DNA of 64,000 nt from Hyphochytrium catenoides (taxonomy: Eukaryota > Protista > Hyphochytriomycota). Below, piece by piece: positions 28,182-41,182 of this stretch (position 1 is the first letter of the stretch; every line of letters starts with the position of its first letter). The stretch is from NCBI GenBank assembly GCA_900088475.1, contig FLMG01000350.1, positions 62,001 through 126,000 of the forward strand. The letters run 5' to 3'. The notes under the pieces are model-generated. The model ran no database searches and was not told where the DNA came from. It saw only the letters and a program-made list of their open reading frames with translations. A program made the position numbers and the translations under genes.

Positions 28182-29873
28182 TTACGAGGAGTCTCGTGAA
28201 GCTTTCAGAATTTGTTTCAGAGCATCGAGGTCGCCTGCAGTCAGTGCGTACACCACGTCCTGGGAGAGATTGTAAACCCTTAGCGATAGGAATACATGCG
28301 GGGCGAGGAGGAGAAAAGACGATGCAAGGCGACGAGAAGCAAAAGGGATATGTAGACTTACAGGGTAAAGGTTTGCTTGTGGTCCATCCGGGCCACTGGC
28401 AATCCAACCTTTGCAAAGAGCAACTTCCTCTGCACTTAGGGATTCTGCAGCAAGGAGGGATTCAAGAAGCAGGTTATAACCCGCTACTTCCTCATTTAGG
28501 CTGGCGCTCCACGTGCGCTTCCGTGGTGACTTTGGTGAGGCGCCTCCCGTCGAAAGCCTTTGAAAGGGAAGAGCAGTTCAGTAAGGGAATGGTCAGCACT
28601 GAAGCAAAACCTATCACCTTATTTCTGTGCTGCCAAAGATGTTCTCCAGACGGTGGCGGTCAGGCACCTTAAGTAATGTGTCGGCATAGAGAATGGCATC
28701 TTCCTTGGTCGGATAGTAGCCGCTGCCTTTCAGCTTTTCTGCTGCAGAACTTAATAGGAAGGCGAGCGCATAACGGACTGAGGAAAGTGGCCGCTTCCCG
28801 TAGTGTGTGCAATCTACCTCTAACACTTGTCTTATCTTCGAGCCATACGCCTTTGCTATATCATGGATATGGTGGGCATCTAGGTGACTGTCGCCAGATC
28901 CATGGACCAGGAGGGCGGGGGCCTTACACCGTTTGGCAGAGTCTACAGGGTTGAGAAGCTCTAGGTCAAATCCAGCCTTGAGTATGATCGTGCTTCTAAT
29001 CATCTTTGCTCCCGCCAGCATGACCAACCGTGGAGCTGAGAAGCCCTCACGCTTAATCTTATTCATCATTTCATCGCGCACATCCTTCATCCTGGCATAG
29101 GGACTGTCAAGGATCATAGCAGAAATATCGCTACGGGTCCAGCCTGACATAATGGCCGCAGCTGCCCCCATGTTATGCCCCCAGAGACAGAGGGTGGAGG
29201 CACCTAGATTCTTGATGGCATAATCAGCCACGACAGTGACGTCCTGCTTCTCGTTGAAGCCTAGCGTCACATAGGAGCCTCCAGAGAGCCCAGATCCTGC
29301 AAAATCGAAAGCGACCACGCCGAATCCTGCTTCCAAAGCATCATGGAGAATGTCATACTCAAAGACATCCAGTCTTGAACCCTTATAATTACGATGAAGG
29401 AAGATGATATAGGGAACTCCCTGGAAGACGAATGACATAAAAAGAGAGGTTAACATAAGGGCATTGTCAAAAGTCGAGGAAGACCGAAGCCGACCTTGTT
29501 CTCCAGAGGTGCTGGGGCCCAAGCAGAGCATTGCAGTCTCATTGACTCATGATTGAAGAGCTCAAAGTCTTTCCGAGTGACCTGCGCAATAGCGCCGGTC
29601 ACAGCGTTGACCACCTCAAATGAGTCTGGCCCTAGATCTGAGACCTGGTATCTACGACTCTCTATCAAAATAGTGTTCCCTCGCGCCAGTTGGCATCTCT
29701 CATAGTAAGCGGACTTACATCTTTCTTTCTGGGCGAATTATAGTACCAACGAGCTGGTCATATGCTCCTTTGAAGGCTTGCCATAGCGATGCTTCATTCT
29801 TCCCAAACTGCCGCTGCCATTCATCTTCTAGGTCACCTTCACAAAAAACTTCGACCGAATGCGAGCTACCCAT
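28182..29873 (-). CDS. Alpha/beta-hydrolase fold protein (YqkD/ABHD-like), N-myristoylation motif, nucleophile Ser replaced by Asn
   Basis: Start MGSSHS; YDQLVGTIIRP; FDFAGSGLSGGSYVTLGFNEKQD; WGHNMGA; MILDSPY; HGSGD; THY. The 3' exon boundaries are less certain. Confidence 0.8.
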
Positions 29874-31265
29874 CCTCTGACGCTTAAAGGTACAAATAAG
29901 GGTTTTTGCCCACGAGGAGGCTGACTCGTTGACAAGGCAAGTGAAGTAGCCGGATGGTATCGTAAGTTTCCCGTCGAGTAGGGCGGCGGCTGGAGCAACC
30001 TTCCTGTGAGCAGATGTGAGACGGAGCTCGTACCACGCTAACAAAAGAGGTCAAAAGGCAAGAGGAGGTCTTCAAAGGTAACTATTATTCGGGGAGGTTA
30101 TGTTGTGACTGCGGATGATGGCGTGTGTGTCATCAGAATCGCTAAGCGAGATAGACCGACAAGCCCTTATTTTATTAGGGGCCGATGGGCAGAAGGGCTT
30201 GTTGGGAGATAAAGAACTCCCTTATTATTATTACTACACCGTCCTTCTGTTTACCAAGCCAGCTGGATCAGAACCCATCAACATAGCAAGTGGACTGAGC
30301 AAGGATTGTAGTAGTAAGAACGTACTGTACTGTTCTTTGAGAAGTTTGCCAAGTAAGGCCAAGCCTTATGTTGGGGAGGGGGGTCAAGAGTTGTGACTAT
30401 TGATAGTGTAGCATTGCTTCAGGAATGAAGAGAAAATGACTTGGACGAGGGGTTGTCGTTCTGCTACCGTGCTTTGTAATAGACATTGATACCCAATCGG
30501 AATACCTTTCTTATTATTGTTGACACTACTCGTACTAGCAGCATCTACAGTAACCGCTTCCCTACCACCACCTGAGGTCATGGCGCAGTGAATGGTTCTC
30601 GCATGGTACACCGGTAGCTGAACAGAGTTTATTGTTTATTGTGCTTCTTATTCAAGTCAACTAGGCGACGGACGGATATCTCCCTATCAGTCAGAGTCTT
30701 CACTTTGGGCAGTTGGCGATCCCTGATGATGTCCCCTTCTTCCTCCTCCTCCCGCTCCTTTGATTCGTCATCTCCTACTGTTCTGATCAGGGGTAAAGAT
30801 TTCATGTAAGCTTCTTCCTCGTTTTCTGATAGGTACAGAGAGGAGATCAAGAGCTCATCTACGCGTTCTTTTTGTCCGTTCACTCGTCATTATCCTATTC
30901 CCTCATCTTCGTTTCTCCTCTTCTTCTATTGTCCTCCTGTCCTGATGAACGCACTGGTGCAGTACTAAAAAGACTTAATGTCAGATAGGGACCCGAAGAA
31001 GATGGCCGATTGGAGGTTTGCTGTCTGGTGATGGCTAGCAGTTACTCCTGATACGTGAGAAGATATCAAATGTGACCTGCTGGCATCCCCGCTGCTGAAC
31101 TGCTCCGAGGGTCCGCTCGTGCTACGTAGGTGATGCTGGTCTGCTTAGAAGCTGCATCGAACAAGTAACACATGAGCGACTAAGAGCCATCAACAATGTT
31201 CCGACGACTAACGCCAGTTGGTGACCCTGATTGGATGTTCCGTGCCTAACGATACTGAACATTCA

Positions 31266-31328
31266 CACATTAAAGTGGGCACAGTGCACATTAAAGTGGG
31301 CACAGTGCACATTAAAGTGGGCACAGTG
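31266..31328. repeat. Perfect 21-bp x3 tandem repeat, intergenic
   Basis: cacattaaagtgggcacagtg repeated three times. Confidence 0.95.
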
Positions 31329-32540
31329 ACGGCTAGGAGACGCCTTCTTATTCCTCCAACCCAACCCGTCCGATAGCTGGTCTTCTCGAACATGACTGAT
31401 TGTTTCTTTTTTTATCAGCCCTTTATATTCAAGAGCTGACCAAGATATAAAAAAGAGATTCGATATGCATTATGATGGCCGTATGCATAGACAGCTGGTG
31501 TCGGTCGTGTCAGTGCACAGACATTAGGACCATTGGAAGATATACATTACAAGCGTTATTCTCAACTACCCGCACTACGTGTTACCATTCGTTTTTCAGA
31601 CAGGTCCCTCTTCCTACTTAACTTATCCTTCTTGAAAGCGACCGCCCGCTACTAAAGCCACCTGGTCAAAGATAAGAGCAGCGAGTCAGCACCAGAACGG
31701 CGCACACACGATACAGAAACTCCAACTGTAAGTAAAATATCCCCAACCACAGGATGCAGCATTCAATATCCTGATAGCTGCAATTTGAGGACTGGACACC
31801 TTCTTGCACGCATAGCATTAGACAACGATCATGGTCAGGATCGTTGACATCCAAGGAAACGTGCTTACCCATCCTCACATGCATAAGAGATAAGAATCAC
31901 CAGAAAAAGAGGCGACTCACCGTCACTAGATGGCCAGTTTAGGCCCTGGGTTAAGCTTGTGGAGCAGCAGATTAGCGTGCGTTCCGTCGCTACTAAAACT
32001 AAAACGTAAACACTACATGGATCTCCCTCCTAGGCGGAGTAAAAGCTGTCTGTCCTGTTATTATTGCATGTGGCGCTTGCCTGGACAGACGAAAGGCTGG
32101 ACCAGTGGCAGCAACGCAAAGAGGCAAAAGCAAGCGCCGCTACGTGGTCACCCAGGAATCTTTATTGTGAGAAGTGATGAGAGGAGGAATACAATCTTTG
32201 CTGGTGCAACTTCATACAGTCTCCCGGTTCCCAGCCGCCTCCTCCACCAACCAAAGTTGTAAGGCTTGGGATTGTCGATAATCACAGCAAGTATCAGGAG
32301 ATTACTGATGGTTTTTGATGTTCAGATGTTCAGACTAAAGTGGAGGCACAAACTGTAGGAGCTATAATAAACTAAGCGAGACAGAGTGTGAGTGAAGGGG
32401 GAAACTTTAGTTTCTGATGCTGATGCTGATGGGTTCTGGCGCTTGGTGCCACCTCATTTTATAAAGGCTTTATACAGCAAAGACCAGTTGTTGCTACTCT
32501 GAGGAAAATAGCTCAAAACAGAAGTATCTGCACCTCATCG

Positions 32541-35523
32541 ATGTCCAGTCATAGCAGGAATGTAACAAGTGATCGGGAAGACGCTATTACCAGAACTACT
32601 TCCTGCTGCCTCCTGGGCTCTCAAGTAGAAGACAAGTCGGAGGTCGCTGTGCACGGCTGACCGCAAGAGAGTAGTGCGTCATGGCCTCTTTTGGCGAAAG
32701 CCTTCTCTTCTTCAAGTCCGAGTCCGATGGCAAGAGAAAACGACGAAAGAGGAGACGAGCTGAAGATGATAGCCAAGCAAGTTTGAAAGAAAGCTGTAAA
32801 GCTGCAGAGGTTCAGTCAACTTTCGAAATTTCTCTTTTGGCGCAATGAACTAACGCTTGCATCCGCAGTCACAGAAAGCGTCAGCGACGCCAGTAGACAT
32901 CGCATCTATCTCTAAGGATGGGACCAACCATGGGGCGACGCAATCCGACCTGCGGAAGAAAAGCAGCTCAAACCCATGTCTTCCTGCACCATTACCTGGA
33001 CTACACTTATCTCCCCTTGGCAACACAACTATGTTTGACGTCCTTAGGATGAATGACAGTGAGGATGAAACGTCCGAGCAAGAAGAAGCGGAAGAGGAGG
33101 CTATTACAGGAGAGGCACATCTGGAAGAGGCTGCGATTAGCTCGAGCGTGGTTGCATCCCAGAAATTAAGTGAGAATGTGCCATTAAGAAGCACGAAGGT
33201 CCCTAAGATTCGAGTAGCTTCTGGAAGGCAGGACTTGCAGCGATACTCCATGATAGATAATATAGCACAGAGACTGCGGAAGTCTCACTGCGGAAACTTC
33301 ATGGCCATTGCAGTCAAGAAGGGGGAGAGTATCTGTGGGGTGGGAACTGCGGATTTGATAGTATGGTATGCTAAAGCAGATGTTGGGGTGCAACTCTATG
33401 GCTACGACGTCCAGGTCAACAAATTCCATACCATTTTTTCACCTTGGTGGGCCAGCTCCGCTGTGATTCACGTTGAAGAGATTAGTCATCGGCAACCAAG
33501 AGGGGAACCCACCGGCCCTAGCACAATATCGCAGGTAGTCACGCCATCTGGGCGGTAGGTCTCCCTTCGTTGTCTCACGCCCTTTACACAGGAAGACATT
33601 CCTTTGGAGCTTATTGAACATGATGATTCTCGTGAGGGAGATGCAGTTCTCATTTTCCGTGCGGTGAGGCCCTCATACCGGACAATTGATTGTTATGAAG
33701 ACTTTACCCGAAAAGGTGATATTGTGGCTTATGAAAAAAAAAAGAACTTTAGCTCACCGATATATCTTCCCCAGCTGGCGAGGAAGTCTCTATTCCAGGT
33801 TACAGAATAGTTACTGACCAGAAAGGGCTTCCTTCGCGAGGGATCATCCCCTTATGTTCCCCTTCGGCCTGGAAACCCTTGCTGGATCAAGCTTCACGAC
33901 GACGGCAAGGAGCTGAAGAACAGCCTCCCACAACCTTGGTTTGCGGAGCTAAGGTAAAGTTGTCCTGTTAAAAGCTATGCCGTTGGTGGACTCTAAGGTA
34001 ACCTTCAGGGTGTGGGCAAATCTACTTTTTGCAGGTTCTACGTCAACAAGCTGCTAAGTGCATACGGGGCCGTTGCGTTCTTGGAGTCTGACGTTGGTCA
34101 GACGGAATTTACTCCGGCTGGATTGGTATCCCTGACGATTGTGACTGAACCGCTCCTCGGCCCGCCTCACACGCATCTAAAGCATCCATGCCGGTAACAG
34201 TTGCAACTCTCGTGATAGTGCGTAGCACCTGATTCTGAAGGTTGTTTGTTCAGGGCCTATTATCTTGGAGATGGTTCTCCAGAGGCGAATCCCTTATACT
34301 ACATTGATGCTGTGAAGGCACTGTTTGACTATTACACTGAGAATTGGAGGAAAACTAGCTCCAATAGGAGCTACGATGGACTGACACGTAAGCCTCGGCG
34401 GCCCAACTCCAGCTGCTGGCCGCCTTCCCTAACAATTCGCTTTCCCTAACAAGTCCCTGGTCAGTTGCCTTTGGTGATCAATACGCACGGCTGGGTGAAG
34501 GGCATGGGGGAAGATATACTGGCTGCTATTATAAGCTATGCTAGGCCAAAAGACATCGTACAGGTCGGTCTTCTTAGTGTAGCTGTGTGATTGTTCCGTT
34601 TATTAGGAGTGACAGGTATTACAGCTGACAGGTAAAGCCAAGGCGAAGCAGTTCAGAGTGCCCGTTCCAGAAGGGAGCACGCTTCACGAGATGGATATAT
34701 GGCACGAAAAGGCCCCACAGGAGACGAAGAATCGCGCTGATCTCCGCCTTTACCGCTATGCAGCCTATTTCCTGGCACCCAGCACCATCTTGAGAGACTG
34801 GAGCACGAACGGTGACGTGAGGTAAATCCAGTCTCACTTGAGGACGACTACGGTAAGCTTGACCTATCTTCCATGAAGGAATTCGCTGGCAAACTGTGTC
34901 CAGAAAGTTCAGCCATACCGAGTCGCTTGGAACAGTGTCTGCATTCACTTTCACAGTAATATGGTAAGTACGAATGACTCACTTTGGCTTGCCTTCAGCA
35001 CCGAGTAACGGGTCTATAGGTGCCGGTGAGTCAAATGATGGTGGCTCTAAACGGAGCTGTGGTTGGTCTGGCCATAGACTTCAATGGCAAGCCTCAGCGA
35101 CAGGCAAGCAATCGGACAAGTAGCGGACCTAGGTTGCTTTTAAGCGAAAGGCTCGCTCCTTGTGTGGGACTTGGTAACGGCAGTTCGCTTCCCTGGCTGT
35201 AAGGCGAAAGTGCCTAACTAACGTGTCATTCTCCAGGGATCGTTGTATCGATAGAGCCGAAGACGCAGTCGCTCTTCATCGTAACTCCTGTGGCCCCTCA
35301 GTTATTGAAACACGTAAATCTCCTTCTGAAGGGAGAGCTGAGCCTTCCAGCAGTCTTTTTCCGAGATGTAGGGACAGAACGTTAGCATGCAGGAGCCAAT
35401 GTTACTAACCAATCGTGTATGTAGGATGACATTGCCCCTGAGCTCTATGACTTTGGTGAGGTTTCTGCGAAGAAGGTCAGTGGGAGTAACGTAATGCGGA
35501 GTCGCAATAACATCAAGCGATAG
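32541..35523 (+). CDS. NOL9: Polynucleotide 5'-hydroxyl kinase NOL9/Grc3 (Clp1 family), multi-exon
   Basis: Walker A CGAK|GVGKSTFCR; [14 protein letters not shown]; [13 protein letters not shown]; ALNGAVVGL; CVGLGIV; C-terminal MRSRNNIKR*; basic [12 protein letters not shown]. The start at 32541 is inferred through an intron. Confidence 0.85.
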
Positions 35524-36270
35524 CGAGAGAATGGTCGTCTCCCCACGGGACAAGCTATACGCTTCAGCAGCTGAGGCCGATCCACTGGAAGGTCAAACCA
35601 AATTCGCAGCTCCTCCCTTTGCTTCGTTTACTCTGCCCACGGTTGAAGGCGTGAGCTTGGCATAATCTATAGAAGCCATTCCATAGACGGTGTGCTTATG
35701 GAGACCCCTGACTGCAGCGTCTCTTTACACATCGGCTCGTTATACCTCATCGGCCCCCGCGTAGCAAGCCGCACAGGGATCCACCAAGCGCTCTGAAAAT
35801 GAATGTAGTTCTATCGAACTTGAATGGTTGAAAGGGTTTCCTTCCTTCCAACAGAAACACCTGACTGAGATGCTCTTTCATCATCTCAAGCAGAGGTGTC
35901 GTTTGGAGGAAAGCGCGTTGGAAAGATATCGGGTGACCTTTCACCTAATTGTAATATTTCAACCATACAATAACGGGTAAACCTAGGAAGTTAACAAAGA
36001 GTGTTACTTTCATGAAGTAAATCCTTTCCTTGTTTTCCAATAAGAATCATACGAGCACTGGGATCGCGTGAGAGAGAACAAGAAATTTGTTTGGTTCTTC
36101 AACTCACAAGACATAGATCTGGGAAGTCATCGTCGTCGGTTCTTCTTCTTACTCCTCGTCATCGAATATCAGTAGGAGCTCCTCGCCGCCGTGCACGTTC
36201 ATTCCTTACATCTCCTTTGTTGACAATCACCGCAGAACCCTATCAGCTAGCCGCCCGCAGCGCTCACAAG

Positions 36271-37495
36271 ATGTTAATGGTTGAGAGTACAGTGGACATC
36301 CCAACTCCTACGGGACCTATGAGGGTTCACACCTTTGTCCCTGCCCTCCCAGGACAGTTTCCCGCTATAGCTGTGTACACAGAGATCTACCAAGTGACAG
36401 GACCCATCAAGGTCTACATGCCATGAGCCTGCCTTTTGACCAAAGGCTAACGTGGATCCTCCCACATTAGAGAACATGCAGGCAGCTTGCGGGAGAGGGC
36501 TATATCGTTGCGAGTCCCGAGAGCTATCATGAATATGAGCCTCCAGGCACCGCCCTTGGTTTGCAACCATTTCTACACATTCTCAGCTGGAGCGTGAAAT
36601 ATGTTTACTGTCGTGATTATGCAGCTTATGACGTCGAAGGGACTGACAGAGGGAATCGGTACAAAATTACAAAGCCTGTTGAAGATTTCGACGCGGATAC
36701 TAAAAGTTTGTTTGCCTATTTCAAGACCTGCCCGCAGTGGAATGGAAGAATTGGCACTCTAGGTACATTGTGGTTCTCTTCGGTCTACTGCAAAGAGGCT
36801 CGCTAAGTGCGTGCTCGATAGGCATTTGTCTTGGAGGCCATTTGGCGGCTCGGGCTGCTTGCGAACCAGAAGTATCAGCTGGGTAAGTTCTGCGAAGAGC
36901 CAGAAGAGATGGGAGGTCCCCTTATACCTTTGTTCCGCTGATTGAGCTCCATTTCAGTGTGTTCTTCTTTGCGACAGATATTCACTCAAGAACTCTTGGC
37001 AAAGGAAAAAACGATAACACCCTTGAGAGGTTGAAGACGATGCCAGGTGGGTCATTTTTAGTCCGCTCTGCCTGGGGACAACGCTTTACACATATTTTTG
37101 CTTACAAGCCACACATATAGGAGAAGGGCTGTTTATATGGGGCAAGCAAGATAACCACATTCCTCGTGAAGGAAGAAAACTCATATATGAGACCCTCAGC
37201 AACGCAGAAGTCAACTTTGGTTGGGTTGAGGTTAATGCACAGGTAAAGCGAGGGGTCGAGCTGATTGAGTCCTGAGCACGTGATGAACTGAGTATACTGT
37301 TGTCTATTGTTATATTCTCTTGGGCTGAAGCATGCGTTCACCCGAGATGAGGCCAGCAAAGGGAGATACGACCCGGCACTAGCCCGATGCTTAATGCAGC
37401 TCGCCTTAGAACTCTTTAGCAGAAGGTTGATTCTTGGACTTCCAGATCAACGAGGAGTGACAGGAACGTCTCTTGTGGGTCCATCTAGCCTCTAA
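36271..37495 (+). CDS. Dienelactone hydrolase family (carboxymethylenebutenolidase-like), multi-exon
   Basis: YTEIYQVTGPI; nucleophile motif GICLGGHLA; WGKQDNHIP; HAFTRDEASKGRYDPALA, giving a Cys-Glu/Asp-His set. Confidence 0.9.
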
Positions 37496-38534
37496 GGCGG
37501 TTCATTGCCTACTCACAATAGTCCAGCAACTTCCTAGCTTTCCTTGGCTCCTTACCAATAGCCCCAGGAAAGCCAGAGGTAGCTGTTGATAGCAAGTGGC
37601 ACTAGGTAGCCCACTGACCTTATAGTAATGGCTCGTACGCAAACCTATGTACAGTGCTCCTGCCAGGAAGAGAATGATTCACATTCTCATCAAACCTCCT
37701 TTTCGTACCAAGGAAGAGTCGTCCTTTCCCTACGTAGCCGCCAAAGAGATCCTCTACACTGCACGCCTGGGAAAAGCATGGAAGGCCAGGGCGATGATAT
37801 CCCATCATCAGACCGAAGATCACGGAGGGAAGAAAACGCGACTAGTTCTATCTAACTAGGACAGGAGAGAGTGAAAAGGCATCACCAGCAGAAAGACGAG
37901 AAGCATACAAAGCTCTGATAGTTCTACAAGTTCTACAGTATGACATACAATCTGCGAATGAGAACCCCGATGAACAGCTCATTATTGTCGCATATCGGAA
38001 GAACTGCTTATTCCTGTGTTTACTGCCCAAGTCCTTTATTTAGCAGGGGATTCAACCCACAGATCATTTTTAGACAAATCCTTTTTGCCGCAATTTTATC
38101 TATTGTCAACTTTCTCATCGGCGACAACTTAGGGACCCGTTCACAGGTTGCCAGGAGTTGCTTGACAAGAATCTTCAGGCAAAGGCAAGGGGCACAGGTG
38201 AGAGGTGGATGTTGAACGCAAAGAAGGGGGTAACGGAGCTGGATGATGAGTGATGAACATGTGAAGCTCATCGGCAGTCAGGCTCATTAATCGGCTCCGG
38301 CCATAACGCTGGAGGTCACACCAGAGAGGACATGCGTGTCCCTAAGTCCGACCGACCCGCATCGTGGCGGGCTCTAGTGTGAAGCTGTGCCAAGACTAAA
38401 GAGTCGAGAGCAAGCGATGAAGGGATCGAGGGTCAGGTGCCCTCCAATGGCACTGTAATGCGTCAAACAGCAACAAAGGCTGCCTCACAAGAGACTGCCT
38501 ATTCGTAGTCCTATCTTCTGTTACAATTGCTGCC

Positions 38535-40476
38535 ATGACAGGCCCTAATGACGTTGTAGAAGCACTCTTTACCGCAGCTAAGCTTGGGCGATCGGACATC
38601 ATCAGGTAAATAGTAGGCTTCTAAATGGTGAGTGATTTTATCGTCAACAGCTCGTCTCTTGTCATCTCTATTCAACAGGTCCTTGGTAGCGGAAGGTGGG
38701 GCAGAACCGAACTTTGTGCGAGGTGACGATGGTTCAACAGCTCTGCATGTAGCAGTTGCTTATAAGGTTCGTTCATCCAAGGCAAGGAAATCAAAAGCTC
38801 ACACTAACCTTAAACCGTCAGAATGTGGATGCTATTAGGACTTTGTTGAAGCTAGGCGCTAAGTTGACCATTCGGGGAACAGGCGGTAAAGTAAAGCTGT
38901 TGAGCCCTATCGAGCTTGCCAAGCAGCAAGATGAGAAGATCTATTATACCTTCATCTCTGAAGCCATACAAGCTTTGGCTAGGGATGAGGTTGACACATT
39001 GGCTGAGATGCTTGATGCTGGTTTAGATGCCAACTGCACAGATCAGTCACCTGAAAAGAATTCTCTGCTTCACTGGGCAACCTCTTTTGGCAGTGCGAAC
39101 TGTGTAAGTCTCCTTGTTCAGCATGCTGGAGACGTCAATCAACGCAACGCGTTGGGCGCGACTCCTCTGCATGAAGCCTCTCTATCAAATAGAGCAGATG
39201 TGGTTAAAACTCTTCTGAAGAGCGAGGTCCCTGCAAATCTGACTATACAGGCTGAGAAGGGTCCAGCAGCCGGGAAGACTCCGCTTGAAGTTGCGTCTAG
39301 CGAAGAAGTTCGAAAGCTGCTTTCTCTTGGCACACCTGTTGCAGACAGTCAAGATGGCAAGGGGACAGCCTCCTTGGACCCCTACCGCAAAGACAGCAAT
39401 TCAAATAGATTTATGGATAATGGCTTGAGCGTGTCCAACAAAGGTAATGAACTGATCGCGACCTCAAGGAACGATGAAATGTTGGAGGAACAACCCAAAA
39501 CAGCGAAATATAGCTCTGCAGAGGAGCGGGAAATGCTTATTACCCAGCTGAAAGCCACCATCGAGACACTGTTAGAAGATAGAAGAACCATGGAGGAGAT
39601 GCTAGAGGGCAAAGCTGTTATAGAACACATCCGAGCGCTTAGACAGGTATACTCAAGCTCACCTTGCTTCGGTAGCGTGATGAATCTCTTATTGTTGTTG
39701 TCGGGGCAAGGATTGCAGAACGTTGCGCGAGCAGGTCAGTTACATGGAAAGCCTGATAGCTCAAAGGGATGAACAGATAGCGACGATCGTATCGGAGAGG
39801 GACGGTTGGAAGGACAGATTTGATGAAAAGTGCAGGGTTTTGGAGGTAAGACACCGCATCTGTAAATTAGTCTCATGGACCTCACGCACCTCTCTCACGA
39901 CAAACCCAGGAATTGAAGATGTCTCGCCGGGGAATTGAGGACGCACTGAGTCTAGCACATTCACAAATCAATGTAAGGATTTTATGGCATAAATTCGCGG
40001 AAACTTGTTCGGGTCCATGATAGCCTTGTTACTAACAGTGGTACTTCTTGCTCGCTTAGGCGCAACAGATTCTTTTGGCAGGTCAGGAAGCTAAGATTAG
40101 GACCCTAACGCACAAACATGAACGGCAGCAGGAAGCAGATACTCCGGCTTTTGTGCCCAAGAACGCGAGTTTGCAGCCGAATGCGGGCTTATCGGCCTCA
40201 AAGACCGCCGGGGGCTTGGCATTTGACTTATCAGCAACTCAAACACACCATCGACCACCTTCCGACGACGAGAATAGTACGAAGGTCACCTCATCCTCGA
40301 CAAGACCTTCACAGACCCTTGCAGTAGAACCCCAAAAGGTTCAAGTGCAGCCTTCCAGGAATGGCGAACGGCCAGAGGGGAAGCCGTTCTGGTCCCTGTT
40401 CTCGTGGCTATGGCCATTTGACTCTGAACACGACGAAGAGAGTGATGATGAGGACTATACAGAAGACGTGGTCTGA
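38535..40476 (+). CDS. Ankyrin-repeat and coiled-coil protein with acidic C-terminus, multi-exon
   Basis: Ankyrin motifs GSTALHVAVAY, NSLLHWATSFG, GATPLHEAS and GKTPLEVA; heptad-rich segment at about 39520-39850; ends DEESDDEDYTEDVV*. Confidence 0.85.
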
Positions 40477-40675
40477 CAGAGGAGCTTCCTATTTATCAGC
40501 TTCTTTCCGTTATGACGGAGATAACACAAGGAGAGGAATGCTATGTATACCAAGAAAGAAAGTGCCACATTGATCTATTCTAACGAGAAAATAAGGTTAC
40601 TCTGTACAGATGAGTTAGAAGCTTGTGTTTCACTGCTATGCAAGTCATTATTGCCACTTGCATCCTGTTTGTGGA

Positions 40676-41182
40676 TTAGCTTTCCATCACCGTTGTTTCA
40701 TGCTTTTCTTCCAGACTGAGATCCTTTGCCTTCGTGGTTACAGCCTCTGTAACGATATGCAGTTCTCCACTTGCTTTGGCTTTTTCCAAGAAGGCCTTCT
40801 TCACCCTCGCCCATCTCTGGTAGGGGCATTCTGGAATCCGGAATTCTAGCTTGGCTTGTGCCCGTTGGTGTACGTTTACTAAAAAGCATAAACACCATGC
40901 CTCCTTCTGAGGGCATTTCAGGTTTATCTGGACAAGCTCGATCGTAAGCTTGTCCAGAAACTCTTCTACACATTGTGGCTTTACATCCGTGTTAGGATCC
41001 GTCACTTTCTTCAGGCAGCATTTGAGTTTCTCCGCTAACTGGCAGACCAACTTGTTGTGACACTCTGTAGAGATCTCCACTCCTGGAGGAGCTGGGATCT
41101 GCGCACAGGCTTCATCCCTGGCAGCTGCCAAATCTGCCTTCAACTTTTGCTCGCAGTGATCTCCAGAATCCTTGCTTGCCAT
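40676..41182 (-). CDS. Hypothetical 168-aa Cys/Lys/Glu-rich protein, intronless
   Basis: Clean ATG-TAA ORF with protein-like helical composition and 11 Cys. A TC-rich leader and TATA/CCAAT-like elements lie upstream. Confidence 0.6.
   Translation of the reverse strand: MASKDSGDHCEQKLKADLAAARDEACAQIPAPPGVEISTECHNKLVCQLAEKLKCCLKKVTDPNTDVKPQCVEEFLDKLTIELVQINLKCPQKEAWCLCFLVNVHQRAQAKLEFRIPECPYQRWARVKKAFLEKAKASGELHIVTEAVTTKAKDLSLEEKHETTVMES

Noticed and set aside
28175-28672. 165-aa plus ORF
   Set aside because: Antisense shadow of the hydrolase 3' exons.
31266-31328. Possible CRISPR array
   Set aside because: No spacers between units; simple tandem repeat in a eukaryote.
37600-38400. Several short overlapping ORFs
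   Set aside because: No motifs and no consistent exon chain; likely intergenic or promoter sequence.
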